A DNA stretch of 64,000 nt from Fistulifera solaris. Taxonomy: Eukaryota. Location of the stretch: NCBI GenBank assembly GCA_030295235.1, contig AP026138.1, positions 372,001 through 436,000 of the forward strand, in the 5' to 3' direction. Shown here one piece after another: positions 11,960 through 26,419 of the stretch. Made by a program: the position numbers and the translations under genes. The notes under the pieces are model-generated. The model was not told the origin of the DNA. It saw nothing but the letters and a program-made list of their open reading frames with translations, and searched no databases. The first letter of the stretch is position 1; every line of letters starts with the position of its first letter.

Positions 11960-13848
11960 ATGCAGATTGTAACATCTCTATTATTAGGCTTGTCAACGTT
12001 GGCTCACGCGAGTGCAGCAGGACAAAGGCGTCTTGAGAAGGTACGTTTTGTGGGTGAACGACGCTCGTAAAGGATCCTATGCTCACGATATCATTCCGTA
12101 GAGTATGTTGGCTGGATATCAACCTCAGACCCAAATTACAAATGAAGCTGCGCTGGATCTGGATCAGCAGATTCTAGAGGAACGCGCGGGTGTTGCCGAC
12201 TTTGATCATGCGCAGAGGATCTATTCGAACGGAGGTCACTCGGGCAGTTTTGCTCTCATCACTCTCATTGCTCCTCCCGACAACAAATCCTACAAAGCTG
12301 GTACCACCGTCATGGGTTTCACGGAACACGGCAGTGATGTGATCGCTTCCTTGAAAGAAGATACCGAATGGGGAGTCGTCAACGGCGGAAACGTCACTAT
12401 TGAAGTGCTGTATACCGTGTCGGACGAGCAGTCGCACCATGTGGACTGCATGGTAGGAGACTTGTTTGCCTTGGAAGCAGCGTACCGTGTCGGATGTAAG
12501 TAGTAGAAGTCGGCGGGAGGTGTTGAAGGTACCAGCGCTACCAGTAGCACTCATTATTGTTCTTTCAGGCTTGAAACCCTCGGGAGAAATCGAAATCATT
12601 CCGGTAACACCCTCTCAAACCATCGACAAGTATTCCTACGAATATGACGCGCGACTTGACAACATCAATTGGTTGACATTGCAGAGCCTTAGCACAAACG
12701 CCGAAACAACTATGAAAAGCTTGTCGGGTAGTTATTACAGTGACTTTCAAAAGTTTGTTGAATTTTACGGCGATACCAATTATGCCGACAAGTGGGTCCT
12801 GGGTGCTGCCAATGGTGAAGATACCGCGTTTACTAAGAACCGCGGAGACGCCAACTTCTCGGCTTTGTGGCACACGGGTGGCGGAAAAGGACGTGTCGAA
12901 GCCATGACGCATGGTGTCTGGTTGTTGAACGTATGGATGTACGTAATCCGCCAGATGGAGTATGCCATCGATTTGTGCAGCGTGGAGTGCACCGAAGCTA
13001 CCAAGGATGCCTGCGAAGACCATGCAGTCGCGGAATGGGACAAAGCGGTGGCGTATTATGCTGGGTCTTTGGCGGGTGAGAATGGTGATGGACACGGTGT
13101 TTTCCCTTATGGGTACGCCAACACCCGCGCCAAGGAGTTCAAGACGACTGGATACAACAGCGACGACGTTTCTGGAACATCCTATGTCAACTTGGAAGCC
13201 ATCTACCTACTCCAGCGAGGACAGAGCATTCTCATGGAAGACATTGGATCGGCCAGCCGTTGCGATTCGGCTAAAAATATCAAGAACTCGATCACCAATC
13301 TCATGAAGGTTCCATTGATTCAGTCAATCTACCGTTTTGCATGGATGCGAGAGTTTCAAACGAATTTTGACGAAAAACACCAAGCAACAGCAGCAACCTA
13401 CGCTGCTGCTCTCTTACCCTACGTACACGAATGCAAGGCTTCCGATTCTTCCTTCCTTTACGATCATATGAAAATCGGTGCCCATGCTGATAATGCCGAG
13501 GGTAGTTTCGCCAAAATCAAATCTCAATTGGAAGGAATCTACGATTGTCTTGGTGTAACGTGCTCACAAATCGGTGGAATCTACTCGGACGGTGAATACG
13601 CGGAAGGTGCCGAACCTTGCCAGGATGGTTCTTTCGTAATTGACCGCACTCCGGAAGGAATGCGACAAAGTGAGGGCACCCCGCAAAACGACCGCAACCC
13701 GGTAGTGACTTTGGGAGCTATCGTGGCTGTATGCGCCTTGCTAGGATTGGCGGGCGTCGTCTATTTGCGCCGAAAAGCACCCAAGGAAATCGAAGATACC
13801 CGAAACATTGCGGCAGTAACCGCCATTTCGGATGTCGATTTGGCGTAA
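11960..13848 (+). CDS. Low-iron-inducible/FEA1-like protein, paralog 3 (signal peptide, single C-terminal TM)
   Basis: MQIVTSLLLGLSTLAHASAAGQRRLEK; introns at 12041-12101 and 12496-12568; motifs AALDLDQ, WDKAVAYYAGSL, KVPLIQ and CLGVTCSQIGG; TM VVTLGAIVAVCALLGLAGVVYL followed by RRK. Confidence 0.75.
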
Positions 13849-14500
13849 ACCTTTGATATCTTCCTCTGGGGATGTCAGCGGGCTCAGGCAACACTTCACT
13901 TCTATGGATGACAAAAGCCTTTGTTGAATGAAGTCTTTTATGCATACCGTAAATTTTTCATTATACTTTAGAAAAAAAACGTTTTCCTCAACGTTGTTCT
14001 TTCGAGAGTTAGGCTGACACAAAGACAGCGATATCACCCAGAGACTATCTCCTGAGATAAATTTAGCGTCCCTAGCAACCTTAAACTTAGGGTCTAGAGA
14101 GTCTACAAGAGGTATTTGCTTCATAGAGGTGACAAGGTGGCCATTACTGTACGTGACTCGATAGTACAACATCACCGACAGTACTTTTGGTTCCCGGTCA
14201 CTACTATGCGCGGTCACAATAGTTCCCAATCAGCTCCACAACAACATTTCCGCGTCGCGGTCATGGGATGCTTTATTTTCTGTTTCACTCCCATTTTGCA
14301 TCCCATCATTACGAAGATTGCCATTAAGAAGCTACATTGCTTCTGGTAACGAGTCACAAACACGTCGAAGTAATGCAAAGAGTCCGCTGGGTCGACAGGA
14401 CTTGAGATTTTGTAACGTTTCGAACGGTTCGCTTTTTCAGAGCGAAAAGGAATTCTCGCACCCGAGAGCTTGACCGTCTACTTCTTCCGCAAAGAGCTTC

Positions 14501-17500
14501 TTGAAACGAAAAACTATGGTTTCGACGGAAAAGCTTGCAAAACCGTTCCAGCGCATGCGCAAAACAAATCGAACTTTGGAGTCACAGGATGATCTCCATA
14601 TTCTCCGCTCATCAGATACGAGCTCGTCAGCAAATGGAGTCGAACGGAAAATGGTGCGAGACGATTCTGATATTGGTAGAAATTCTCGCACGATCATCAG
14701 TGCTATGACACCCAGATTGCTCAGCTTGAAAACGACACCCAAAAGGGGATCTTCTGGACGAGCTCGACGACGGAGACGAAACACAGACGACTCGGTGGAT
14801 TCCAGCGATGGTGCTTCGATGCGCGCATCGATGATCCAACGTTTGTTTTCTCGTAAGAAAATTGGGACACCCACGTCCTCCCGCTTCAATATAGGCCGGA
14901 GTGAATCTATCAGCAGCGGGGACGGTTCTATGGATAGAGATTTTGCTCAAATGGCGGTCCAAGTGGATGGCGTTCCCGACTTGCCGCGGGGGATCCTCAA
15001 AAACTCACGCGGGCGGCAAGCTACTAGTCAGACACCGACACTACTCAACGATCCGACACATTCGCCTTATCATTTTGAGACGACTCCCGACCGGAACATG
15101 GCGGATGCTACGGAAAGCGCCGAGGATGTGCAGTACGATTACGACGAAACCGATCCTATGCCTCGGCGAACTCCCGGCGAACGTGCGCGCTACAGTGTTT
15201 ATCATGGACAAGTCAAGCGCAAAATGCGAGTCCGGCCGTATCATCTGTTCCCTCTCGACTTCAAAATGACAGAAGAAGAAATTTATGCCGATAGTATGAA
15301 GCCGTCGCAAAACTTTATCTTCCTCAAATCTTATCTGGCGCCGACTTCAAAGGAAGTAGAGAAGTTGAATGCGCCTATAGCAGTGTCTCAGCTGTTTGGA
15401 TCACCACAAGAAGACGGACGTATTGGGGCTCTCAGAGTTGAGGTGTTGGGCTGTATTGCGTTGCCACGGACAAAACCTGACATATCGGTCTATATGGTTT
15501 GCGGGGATGCTGCTTTTGCGACGGATGTTCTTTCGGGCTACCGCTCACCTATTTGGCCGTCGCTCTCTAGACGAGCCGCTGTCTTCCCGCTGCACCACGC
15601 TTTTGCTCAGCTTTATGTCGGCGTCTTCGATGTACGAGCGAATAAGAATAAAGAGAACGACATGTTCTGTGGAAGAGTTGCGCTGGACATCGCTGCCTTG
15701 AGATCAGACACAGAATATGACGTGACATTTCCTCTTCGTGCGTCCACATTCGTTTACGATAGAAGGAAACGAGGAGTTATCCGCTTACGATTCTCGGTTC
15801 ACTGGTTTAGCGAGAGGGCTGCACTTGTTTCTTATTTCAAGAAAACAAAAAGTCTGACCTCTTGTGCGCCATTGTATCACGGAAGCCCTACTATTCCCTG
15901 TGCAGACCCGAAAACTTTCCGCAATGTTGCTTTTACTGTTTACGGTCAAGATCTCCCAGGAAAGTATTCTCGAAATGCTTTCAAGTCAACAATGCGAGAA
16001 TACACTCTCTACCAGCAGAACACAACCTTGCTGGCACAAATGCTAGCTCTGGATGCAATTTTCTATGAGCGACCGCACGTCTCTTTATATCTCTTTCTCT
16101 CTGGCATGTATTGTATCTCGTCGAATTCATTCAGTCTGGTACCCGCTGTATTTGTTGGGTACATCATCATTTTGTTCATTGAAAACTACCTGCATTACAT
16201 TGACGGGACAAAATTCAATATGGGGTACAGACCTCACACCCTGCAAGAAATTCTAAATGGATTACTTGGTCATGCTTCCGGAGCTGGTGGATTCTTCGAA
16301 CCGGCGTTGGTTGAGAAGAAAACGAAAAGGAAACGTGGGTACGGGTACGACGGGAAAGACGACAAAGACGAGGTAGAAATCGAGCCATTAGATCACCGCG
16401 AGTTCCCGTTCTCTGATCGCGATGCATATCCCAAATGGTCTGTTGATGACGCTTTGGCGCCAAGTTCAAATAAGAAAGATGGTAAGTGCTTTATCAGGAG
16501 CCTTGCATGCGAAGATCAATAATTTTGTTTTAATGTCGCCACATCGGATCTACCAACAGGAGGAAACACTAGGCTTCACGGACGTCTATCGGTGTATTAC
16601 ACTGCTGCCCCACCGACAGCAGGAGACAACGCTCGGGGCGAGGACGATGACGATGCGAGTGAAGATAGCGAAAACGACGATGAAACTATTGACACAACAG
16701 ACACCATGTTCAATCTTGATTATGATGTCGATGACGATCTTGACGAATCTGAGCACGAAACTCTGCACAACGCTTACCAATACCAAGACAATCTTTTGGA
16801 TCCCACCGTAACGAAAACTCGGTACAAACTTGGTCCGCCACAGGACGTAGATAAAAGAGGGGCCAAGGTACCCCCACAACTCCAGCTGCAAAAAAACTGA
16901 ACGAAGGATGCATGACTATTCCCTCAAAATTGCGGTAGAGCCGATTTTCGCTCCTACAAATATTGAAACCGTCTTAGGCGTCGGTACAACCAAAAACTCT
17001 ACAGTAGAAAGTCGGGAGGTGATGATGTTGAACGATCAAAATTCCGCTCTGAAGAAACGCAAAGCCGTTTACGACGAGTTCGATAAACTTCTTGGTTTGA
17101 AAAGTCGCTCCGCAAATCCACTAAATCGAATCATGTCGTCATTTCTTGGACCGCTAATGCGAATGTGCCGTATCAGTCTCTATGCGTTCCGAATCTCCTA
17201 CCATACTTTCAGCTGGAGAGATCCATTCTTCTCTTTCTGGGTCTTGGTGGCGCTCTGCGTAGTCTGCCTTATTTTGATCGCCTTCCCATGGCAACAGTTC
17301 TTTTTTCTTGGTAGTGCTTGGAGCACTCGGCCCTCAGGTACGTCCGTTTGTTGACAATTATTTGAGCTTAAATACTTGTGAACGTATTCTCACTTACTGT
17401 GTTTATCACAGAATATCTTTGTCAGACGCTACCTCGAAAAAAGGCTAAAAGAAAAAAGCTTTAAAGGCCATCGAAGAAGAGGAAAATCTTTCTTTAATTG

Positions 17501-17976
17501 ATAATAAGGACAGTATGTCGAGTCGCCATCACGCATCGGCAAACGACATAACGTCAGTTGACGAAATGAGAAAAAGCGCGTGGTTCGCGACAAGTACGAA
17601 GCACAAAAAGAAGCAAAAGAACGAAGCGGAAGCTGAGCTTGTGGACGAGAGACCGCCTTTTCTTCCGAATCATCACGCCAATGCTTCGAAGAAGGTCCAG
17701 CCGCGTTCGGTTGTGATACCATACAGTCGACTGAAAAAAGATCGTTTTTACGATTGGCCTCCGGATCCTACGGTCTCCAAAGCTACTCCACTATCCTTTC
17801 GCACGGAATCTAAATCAAACACAAAATTGTTGGCTCGTTCGGATAGTAACGATTCGAAGGGATCTCTCTTTGAAGCTTCAACTCCAGATGATGACGTACT
17901 GCCAAAGGGACTTCGTCGTCGCCCACAACCAATTACTGGTATACAAAGCGAGCTTCCCATGAATCTGTACCTCTAG
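14501..17976 (+). CDS. C2-domain membrane protein (MCTP-like layout; multi-exon, frameshifted)
   Basis: C2-like segment GALRVEVLGC...LYVGVFD...FCGRVALD...GVIRLRFSVHW, followed by hydrophobic segments and SWRDPFFSFW. Introns near 16482-16559 and 17338-17411. Start codon uncertain. Confidence 0.6.
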
Positions 17977-18268
17977 CTTCTATCGAAAACGCACATATAT
18001 TGCTCGGTGTCATCAGACCTTCAAAGTTTTTAAATGTGCGCTTGAGTGCATTAGTAACATGTGCATTTGATTCAAGTTCTTTTTAGGAAGCGAATTATAA
18101 TCTAGAATTATAGACATGGCCCGTAGACCCCGACTCGTGTTTTAACTTTCATTCGTGATCTAATCACAACCATTATCGCGTCGAGCGCACATTTTCATTC
18201 GTCTCGATCATCCATCGTCCATCGCAATTTATAATAACTCTTGCCGATCATTTTTCGCGATATGTCAA

Positions 18269-19709
18269 ATGATGCTTAACATATCAGTAAGCGCTAACGG
18301 CATCCGAATGGGTTACAAAGTGTGTGCTAGGCAGACATCCAAAATTGTCACTTCCTCAATCAACAAACAATGTCGTGTATCAGCCGTCTTTCACCAGCAC
18401 CCTAAATACTTCTCCATGATTTCATCTGCTGTAGAAGGAAGATTACGGAGCATGAAGTCACGGCATGATGAGATTATGGAGGAAATGAAAAGCGCGGGGC
18501 ATACATCAGCTGCTATGGGGAAGGAGTTATCGAAATTGATGCCGGTGGTAAATTTAATGGAAAAATGGGAGGCCCTTGCTGCAGAGGAAGCTTCGCTCCG
18601 TGATTTGCTAGCGGAATTGAAAGAAGATGAACACGAGATGAAGAATGAGTGTATAGAAGAACTGGAAAAGATTCGTCAAAAACAATCAATGCTCACAGAA
18701 CTCATGATGGACGCGGCCATCCCTCAGGATGAGGATGAAAGTGACTCGGATGCCATCGTTGAGGTTCGAGCTGGAACCGGCGGAGATGAAGCGTCCCTTT
18801 TGCCGCGGAGCTCGTGGCGTGCTATGTAAATGCGGCGAAACTGTTAAGCTGGAAAGTGGAAGTTTTGAGTGAAAGCAGGACCGATATCGGTGGCTTGAGA
18901 GAAGCGTCATTATCTATAGTTGCGGGGAACGGACCACCCTATCGCCTAGCTCGGAAAAGCGATGATGAAACTCCTTTAGACGATGACTCAGAGACTTTTG
19001 CTACTCCGCTAGGTCCCTACGGCACATTCAAGTTTGAGAGTGGGGTCCATCGTGTTCAGCGCGTCCCGGTAAATGATTCAAGGATTCACACTAGTGCATG
19101 CTCCGTGGCGGTTCTACCGTCGCTACCAGATGACAACAAAGAAACAGATCTCCTGCCACTGTCGGAATTAAAAATCGAGACGATGCGAGCGTCTGGGGCT
19201 GGAGGGCAGCATGTAAACGTATGTACAATTTTTAGTGTCGTCGTTGCGATAGTCGATTGGCTGTGATGGCTGCCACCTTTATCCAGCAATGAATGTGATG
19301 TTTTTCTGCCAATACTAATACTTTTCCTTTACAGACTACAGACAGCGCCGTTCGTATTACTCATTTACCGACCAAAATTACGGCGTCCATCCAAGACGAG
19401 CGTAGTCAGCATAAGAACAAGGAAAAGGCACTTCGTCTCGTTGCTGCTCGTGTCCGTGACTTTCGAAAGTCGACAGAGGAAAAAGCACGAGGAGAGACTC
19501 GTAGTAGCCTAATGGGTGGCGGAGATCGAAGCGAACGTATTCGTACCTACAATTTTCCCCAAGACCGAGTAACGGACCATCGATCCAAGGAATCTCATTT
19601 TGGTATCAATGCTTTACTCAATACTGAAGCAAATATCGTTATGGCATTTCTTCCTTTACTTCATAAACTTCACAGAGAAGAGAAAATTGAAAGATTAGGG
19701 GAGACTTAA
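18269..19709 (+). CDS. prfA: Peptide chain release factor 1, organellar (probably mitochondrial)
   Basis: [41 protein letters not shown] (GGQ) and [20 protein letters not shown]. Intron at about 19219-19334; 1-nt deletion near 18800. Confidence 0.92.
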
Positions 19710-19842
19710 ACTAGCGCTTAATAACATTGCAACAGACTAGGGGTGGGTTGTCGCAAGCTAAACTAAATAGACGACTAAAACGGACTCACACTCAAAAAGT
19801 TCAGATATCGAAATATCCTTTAGGTTATCTGCAGCACCTTCG

Positions 19843-22132
<2,290 letters not shown>

Positions 22133-22495
22133 TTTTTTAAATGTTGATGATGTATTACCAGTATCTTTGCTAATTGATGCTTCTGCTATTGTTGTTGCCT
22201 TTCGGCTCGTTTCAGACTGCATTTTCTGCGTAAGGATGAATGGAGGAAGATCGAATGCCGAGTGTTGAGACCCGTGTGCGCACATTACTGCGCACAGGTA
22301 CCAGGTACCGGTAGGATAAGTTTGCCGCCACAAACAACGTACCGTCTGTCATGCACCCCTTCGAAAGTTACCGCTTTACTACAACCAGTTTTACCCTCGT
22401 CGATGGACATGCAACGACGAACAGATGTTACATCGTTGTGTGCTACCGAAATTGTCTTGATCGCTGTTAGTTACAAAGGAATATAAACAATCAAG

Positions 22496-23170
22496 ATGTG
22501 AGTCTATTCAATTAATCAGAAGAAGAGGATTTCTTATAGGCGACGCTACAGCCGGATACTACTTCTGTTACTGTCGATGCGCAGGAACTTTTTGAGGATG
22601 CCGCCGACCAATGTCCTTCAATGTCATGAAGTGTTGCTTGTTTGTTTTTGGTAGTTTGAGGAATTGAGAATTGATATTATTCAAAATGACGTATCTCATT
22701 TCTTTCAACTCTGTTTTTCCGCTTCGTAACAACAGGTCGACCTCGTTGATGCAAGGACCCGAGTTCCAGCACATTTTGCGTATTCTCAACACAAACGTGG
22801 AAGGAAAGCGCAATGTTGTGTTTGGTTTGACCAAAATTCCCGGTATTGGTCGCCGTTTCTCTGATTTGATCTGCAAAAGGCCGAAGTGGATGTCAACAAA
22901 CGTGCTGGTGAACTGACCGCCGATGAAATTGAAAAAGTCGTTGCCGTTATTTCGAATCCCCGTCAATTCAAGATCCCCCTCTGGTTCTTGAATCGGCAAA
23001 AGGATTTCAAGACCGGAAAATACTCGCAAGTTTTCGCTCAAAACATTGCCGCCAAATTGCGTGATGATATCGAACGCTTGAAGAAAATCCGTGCCCACCG
23101 TGGTTTGCGTCACTGGTGGAACGTTCGTGTTCGTGGACAGCACACTTGCTCCACAGGACGTCGTAAATAA
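22496..23170 (+). CDS. RPS18: 40S ribosomal protein S18 (uS13)
   Basis: [21 protein letters not shown] and [21 protein letters not shown]. The ATG is split by an intron at 22498-22735; 1-nt deletion near 22878. Confidence 0.95.
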
Positions 23171-23438
23171 ATATAATATCTTGTTGACCCATAGTCGAGC
23201 TCTGCACTCGCGCTTTAATTTCTTTAATCGTTGTTACAGCATAACATAGTTTAACGGCAAGAGGTAGTTGAATCACTCCTTATACACTACGACGAAACAA
23301 AGTACTCCGTAATGATCGATCAACTCAGTAATATGAGAGAATTTGGTCTAATTATAAACTGGTTCACTCGTTTTAACTACTGCAAACTGTAATTTCGCAC
23401 AACCCACACCGTCAAACTAACATATCCCGACTGCAAAT

Positions 23439-23834
23439 TTATTTCTTCTTCTTCGACCGAGCACCGGATCCCTTCTTGGGCGGCCCTTTCCCTTGTCGTC
23501 TCCGTTGCACTAGCTTCGCCTGTTGTCGTTCTTCTAATTCCGTCATAAATCCTGGTATGGCCTGTAAATTTGTCATGCTATGTGTGAGAAACCGACAAAT
23601 CATCTCGTAGCTCCGCCTCTGGTTGTGCTAAAAGTAACTTACCTGTCGCGCGGACTTGGCGATCGGATCTGTATAATATTGATTCAAATATACACCTGTC
23701 AATTGTTTCTTAGCGAATTGATAGCCTGTGCGTTCCTGTATTTGAGGGACATGGCCCAAAACGTCACGCTTGACTTGCGCAATGCCCTTGCGAATTGCCG
23801 GAGAAAATTGAACCAATTTGTTAACGCTACTCAT
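23439..23834 (-). CDS. Mitochondrial ribosomal protein mS33 (Rsm27)
   Basis: Two exons: ...ERTGYQFAKKQLTGVYLNQYY...SARQ | AIPGFMTELEERQQAKLVQRRRQGKGPPKKGSGARSKKKK. The GKGPPKKG C-terminus is typical of mS33. Confidence 0.8.
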
Positions 23835-23975
23835 CCGTTCAAAATTTCTTCTTTCAATACGCTTGGGTAGGAGGAACTCTGAAGGAGGCTGATTAAAATA
23901 AACGACGTTGTTTTTCGAGCTGAAATGAAACAACCTATTGCTTGGAAAAGGTTATTGCGAGTGAGAGAGTTGTTG

Positions 23976-24005
23976 CTCTCGGCTCTCGGCTCTCGGCTCT
24001 CGGCT
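23976..24005. repeat. 7-bp tandem repeat (CTCTCGG)x4
   Basis: ctctcggctctcggctctcggctctcggct, about 140 bp upstream of the mS33 start. Confidence 0.8.
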
Positions 24006-24576
24006 AGGTCTCTAGTCTCTAGTATAGAGTTGCTGTGTTGCTGTGTGCGCTTCTTTGAAATGATTTATCTCACGTCTTACCAGTACTCATTTTACATATT
24101 TTTAAACCAGCATCTACTATAAACGTATGGTACTGACGAAAGAACTCCAGAAAAGGAATTCGGCTGGAATTTGGAACTCCAATTCTTCAAGTTCAACTCC
24201 TACTAAGAAAGAGTAAAGAACGGTTATTACTGTGTCGTATCGGGTAGATGACTTAATTGACTCTACATCAGTAAGTAAAGTGCCTATTTGAAAGTAGCCA
24301 ATCAAAATGCTTACAAAATTTAAAAGGGTGGCAGATGCCTACTATCTTCTCCATTGTGGGATGTCACCTTTCAAAAAATTTTCTTGCTGATGACACCCCT
24401 TACGTCACTGCCTTCGTACTATTCCACTATAGCGATTATCGGCCCTTTTCTGCTTTTCTGTTTCCCCAAGTTCTGACGACTTCGTGCTACTCTTCATTCC
24501 ACACAACGTTGCACCTCCGCAATGACATTTTCGGCCGAGGTTAGCGAGTAGCCAGCCAATCGCCTGCAAGCGATGA

Positions 24577-25650
24577 TTGAAATCGAAGCCAGATAGGCTG
24601 TACCAAAACGCGTACAAGTGTACGCCCACAAATCCGAGCCATCGCAGATGGGCCGTTTTGACTTTTTCCAAACCCTCACTCTGTTTTTCAATCCTTCGAC
24701 CACAAGTTACGATGAAAGGATACAAAGATCACGCCAACGATACGATTACCGAGGGTCGCAATCGAGCCAACACATGGTTTGTGAATCGGCTCTTCGACAT
24801 GCTCGAGAACACTGACGCCGACGGCATCTCCGACGTTATTTCTTGGCAACCCCACGGTCGTTGCTTCATCATGCGAGATCAATCCAAATTGCAAGAAATA
24901 CTTCCCAACTTTTTCAAGCAAACGAAGACTTCTTCATTCCTCCGCCAGCTCAACATATACGGCTTTTGTCGGATTGCTCGAGGCCGAGACCGCGGTGGCT
25001 ACTATCACGAGTTGTTTTTGCAAAACAGACGCCATCTGGCACAAAAGATCACTCCCATTAAAATGAAAGCAAACGGCGTGCGTACGAAAGGACCCCAAGA
25101 GCCCAATTTTTGGGAAATGGAGTGGGTCAACTTGCCGAATAAAGTAGATGAAGTACCCCCTTCAAAGGCCATGACACGATCGATGTCAATCGTGTCACAT
25201 GACACAAAAGAGGTAGAAGACACAACTACGAGCACCGAAGAAGAGACAGAAACGTCTGAACAGGAGTGCACTCCAGTGGCTCCAACTGCCGTCAAGATCA
25301 AGAAATTTCATGAGGTGGCGTCACCTCTTTCAGCTCCCCAAGCAATTGAAGATGATATGGAAGACTTATTCGAAATGGTCGGATCGAAACCCTTTCTCCA
25401 TGAGTTTGTGTTGAATGGAAATGGTGTCTTTTTGCTGGATCACGGTATAGATTCAATGATCAATCGTGATCTCACAGCGTCGGAGCCTTCGACAAGTTCA
25501 GAAGTTGGTCATGACGACAGCGCTTACATTGTTGCTGCTCCTGAACTCAACGACAACGACTTGGAGCTTGTGATGCATGACTTTCAAGATGAGTCGGTGG
25601 GACTCGGATTCGACGCTTTTCTTCAGTCCTACGATGAAGAAAGGTATTGA
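24577..25650 (+). CDS. HSF-type DNA-binding transcription factor
   Basis: FVNRLFDML...ISWQPHGRCF...FFKQTKTSSFLRQLNIYGF...GGYYHELF with an acidic C-terminus. The true start is probably the ATG at 24712. Confidence 0.9.
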   Translation: MKSKPDRLYQNAYKCTPTNPSHRRWAVLTFSKPSLCFSILRPQVTMKGYKDHANDTITEGRNRANTWFVNRLFDMLENTDADGISDVISWQPHGRCFIMRDQSKLQEILPNFFKQTKTSSFLRQLNIYGFCRIARGRDRGGYYHELFLQNRRHLAQKITPIKMKANGVRTKGPQEPNFWEMEWVNLPNKVDEVPPSKAMTRSMSIVSHDTKEVEDTTTSTEEETETSEQECTPVAPTAVKIKKFHEVASPLSAPQAIEDDMEDLFEMVGSKPFLHEFVLNGNGVFLLDHGIDSMINRDLTASEPSTSSEVGHDDSAYIVAAPELNDNDLELVMHDFQDESVGLGFDAFLQSYDEERY

Positions 25651-26419
25651 ACGTGTACATAAAATTTTTGAAACTCTATATCAAGTAAACGATTATTGGT
25701 CGAGCGACCGAACAAGCCAGCAAACCAACCAACTGTCATCCGACTGACCTGCTGATAGCACGAAATGTTTAATTATCAGCCGCTATTAATCCGCAATATA
25801 CTAGTTGACTTCCGTACTGTAGCATCTTACTCCTGAACTTTCTTGTCTCGAAGACCACGGAGCCGCTTTCAATTGAAGGTTTCAGAAATTGAAAAACAAA
25901 TGTGATTATAGCCTGCGTAGCACATACGTCAGTAAAGAACATAATACGATGAGGTTTTGTTAGGATTTACCTGATCACTCAAGGGTATTATTTGTTATGG
26001 GGATGACGAGGCGTAGGGAAATGATCAAAGCAAACCAGAATCATTTACTCGCTACACTGAAAATAAAAAAATGAAATTAAATACGTATCTTAATAATTTT
26101 TCCAAAGCAATTTCCAATTATTTGTAAAAGCTAAATATGAGAAGAGAAGTGGACTACTTCATAATCAAATGTTGAAGACGCTAGATTAAGCCGTCCGACG
26201 CCCGACTGACACTACGAGTAACGCACTTGACGTCATCAGCCTCTGGATACATTGAAGTTGAACGTCACACAAATAATTTGCGCTCACCTCTTTCCTTGTT
26301 GTCCGCCGATGGTAGTTTTATTACTTGTTTGAAGCAATAGACGATCATTCTAACAGCCTTTCCGTTCACAGGCGGCTCGTAAATAATAGGGGAACATAGC
26401 CAGTCATCTTCGTTCAAAA

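Noticed and set aside
18790..18830. Frameshift in a release-factor gene, resembling the programmed prfB frameshift
   Set aside because: This is RF1 in a nuclear gene, with no CTT-TGA site or internal Shine-Dalgarno. One T missing from a T-run restores DEASLFAAEL, like the many other homopolymer indels.
22860..22900. RPS18, DHX15, PGM3 and others as pseudogenes
   Set aside because: Coding sequence is strongly conserved on both sides of single homopolymer indels with no other decay; sequencing error is more parsimonious.
22568..23143. 191-aa antisense ORF over RPS18, and the many other antisense or alternate-frame ORFs in the track
   Set aside because: Shadows of real genes, with no recognisable motifs.
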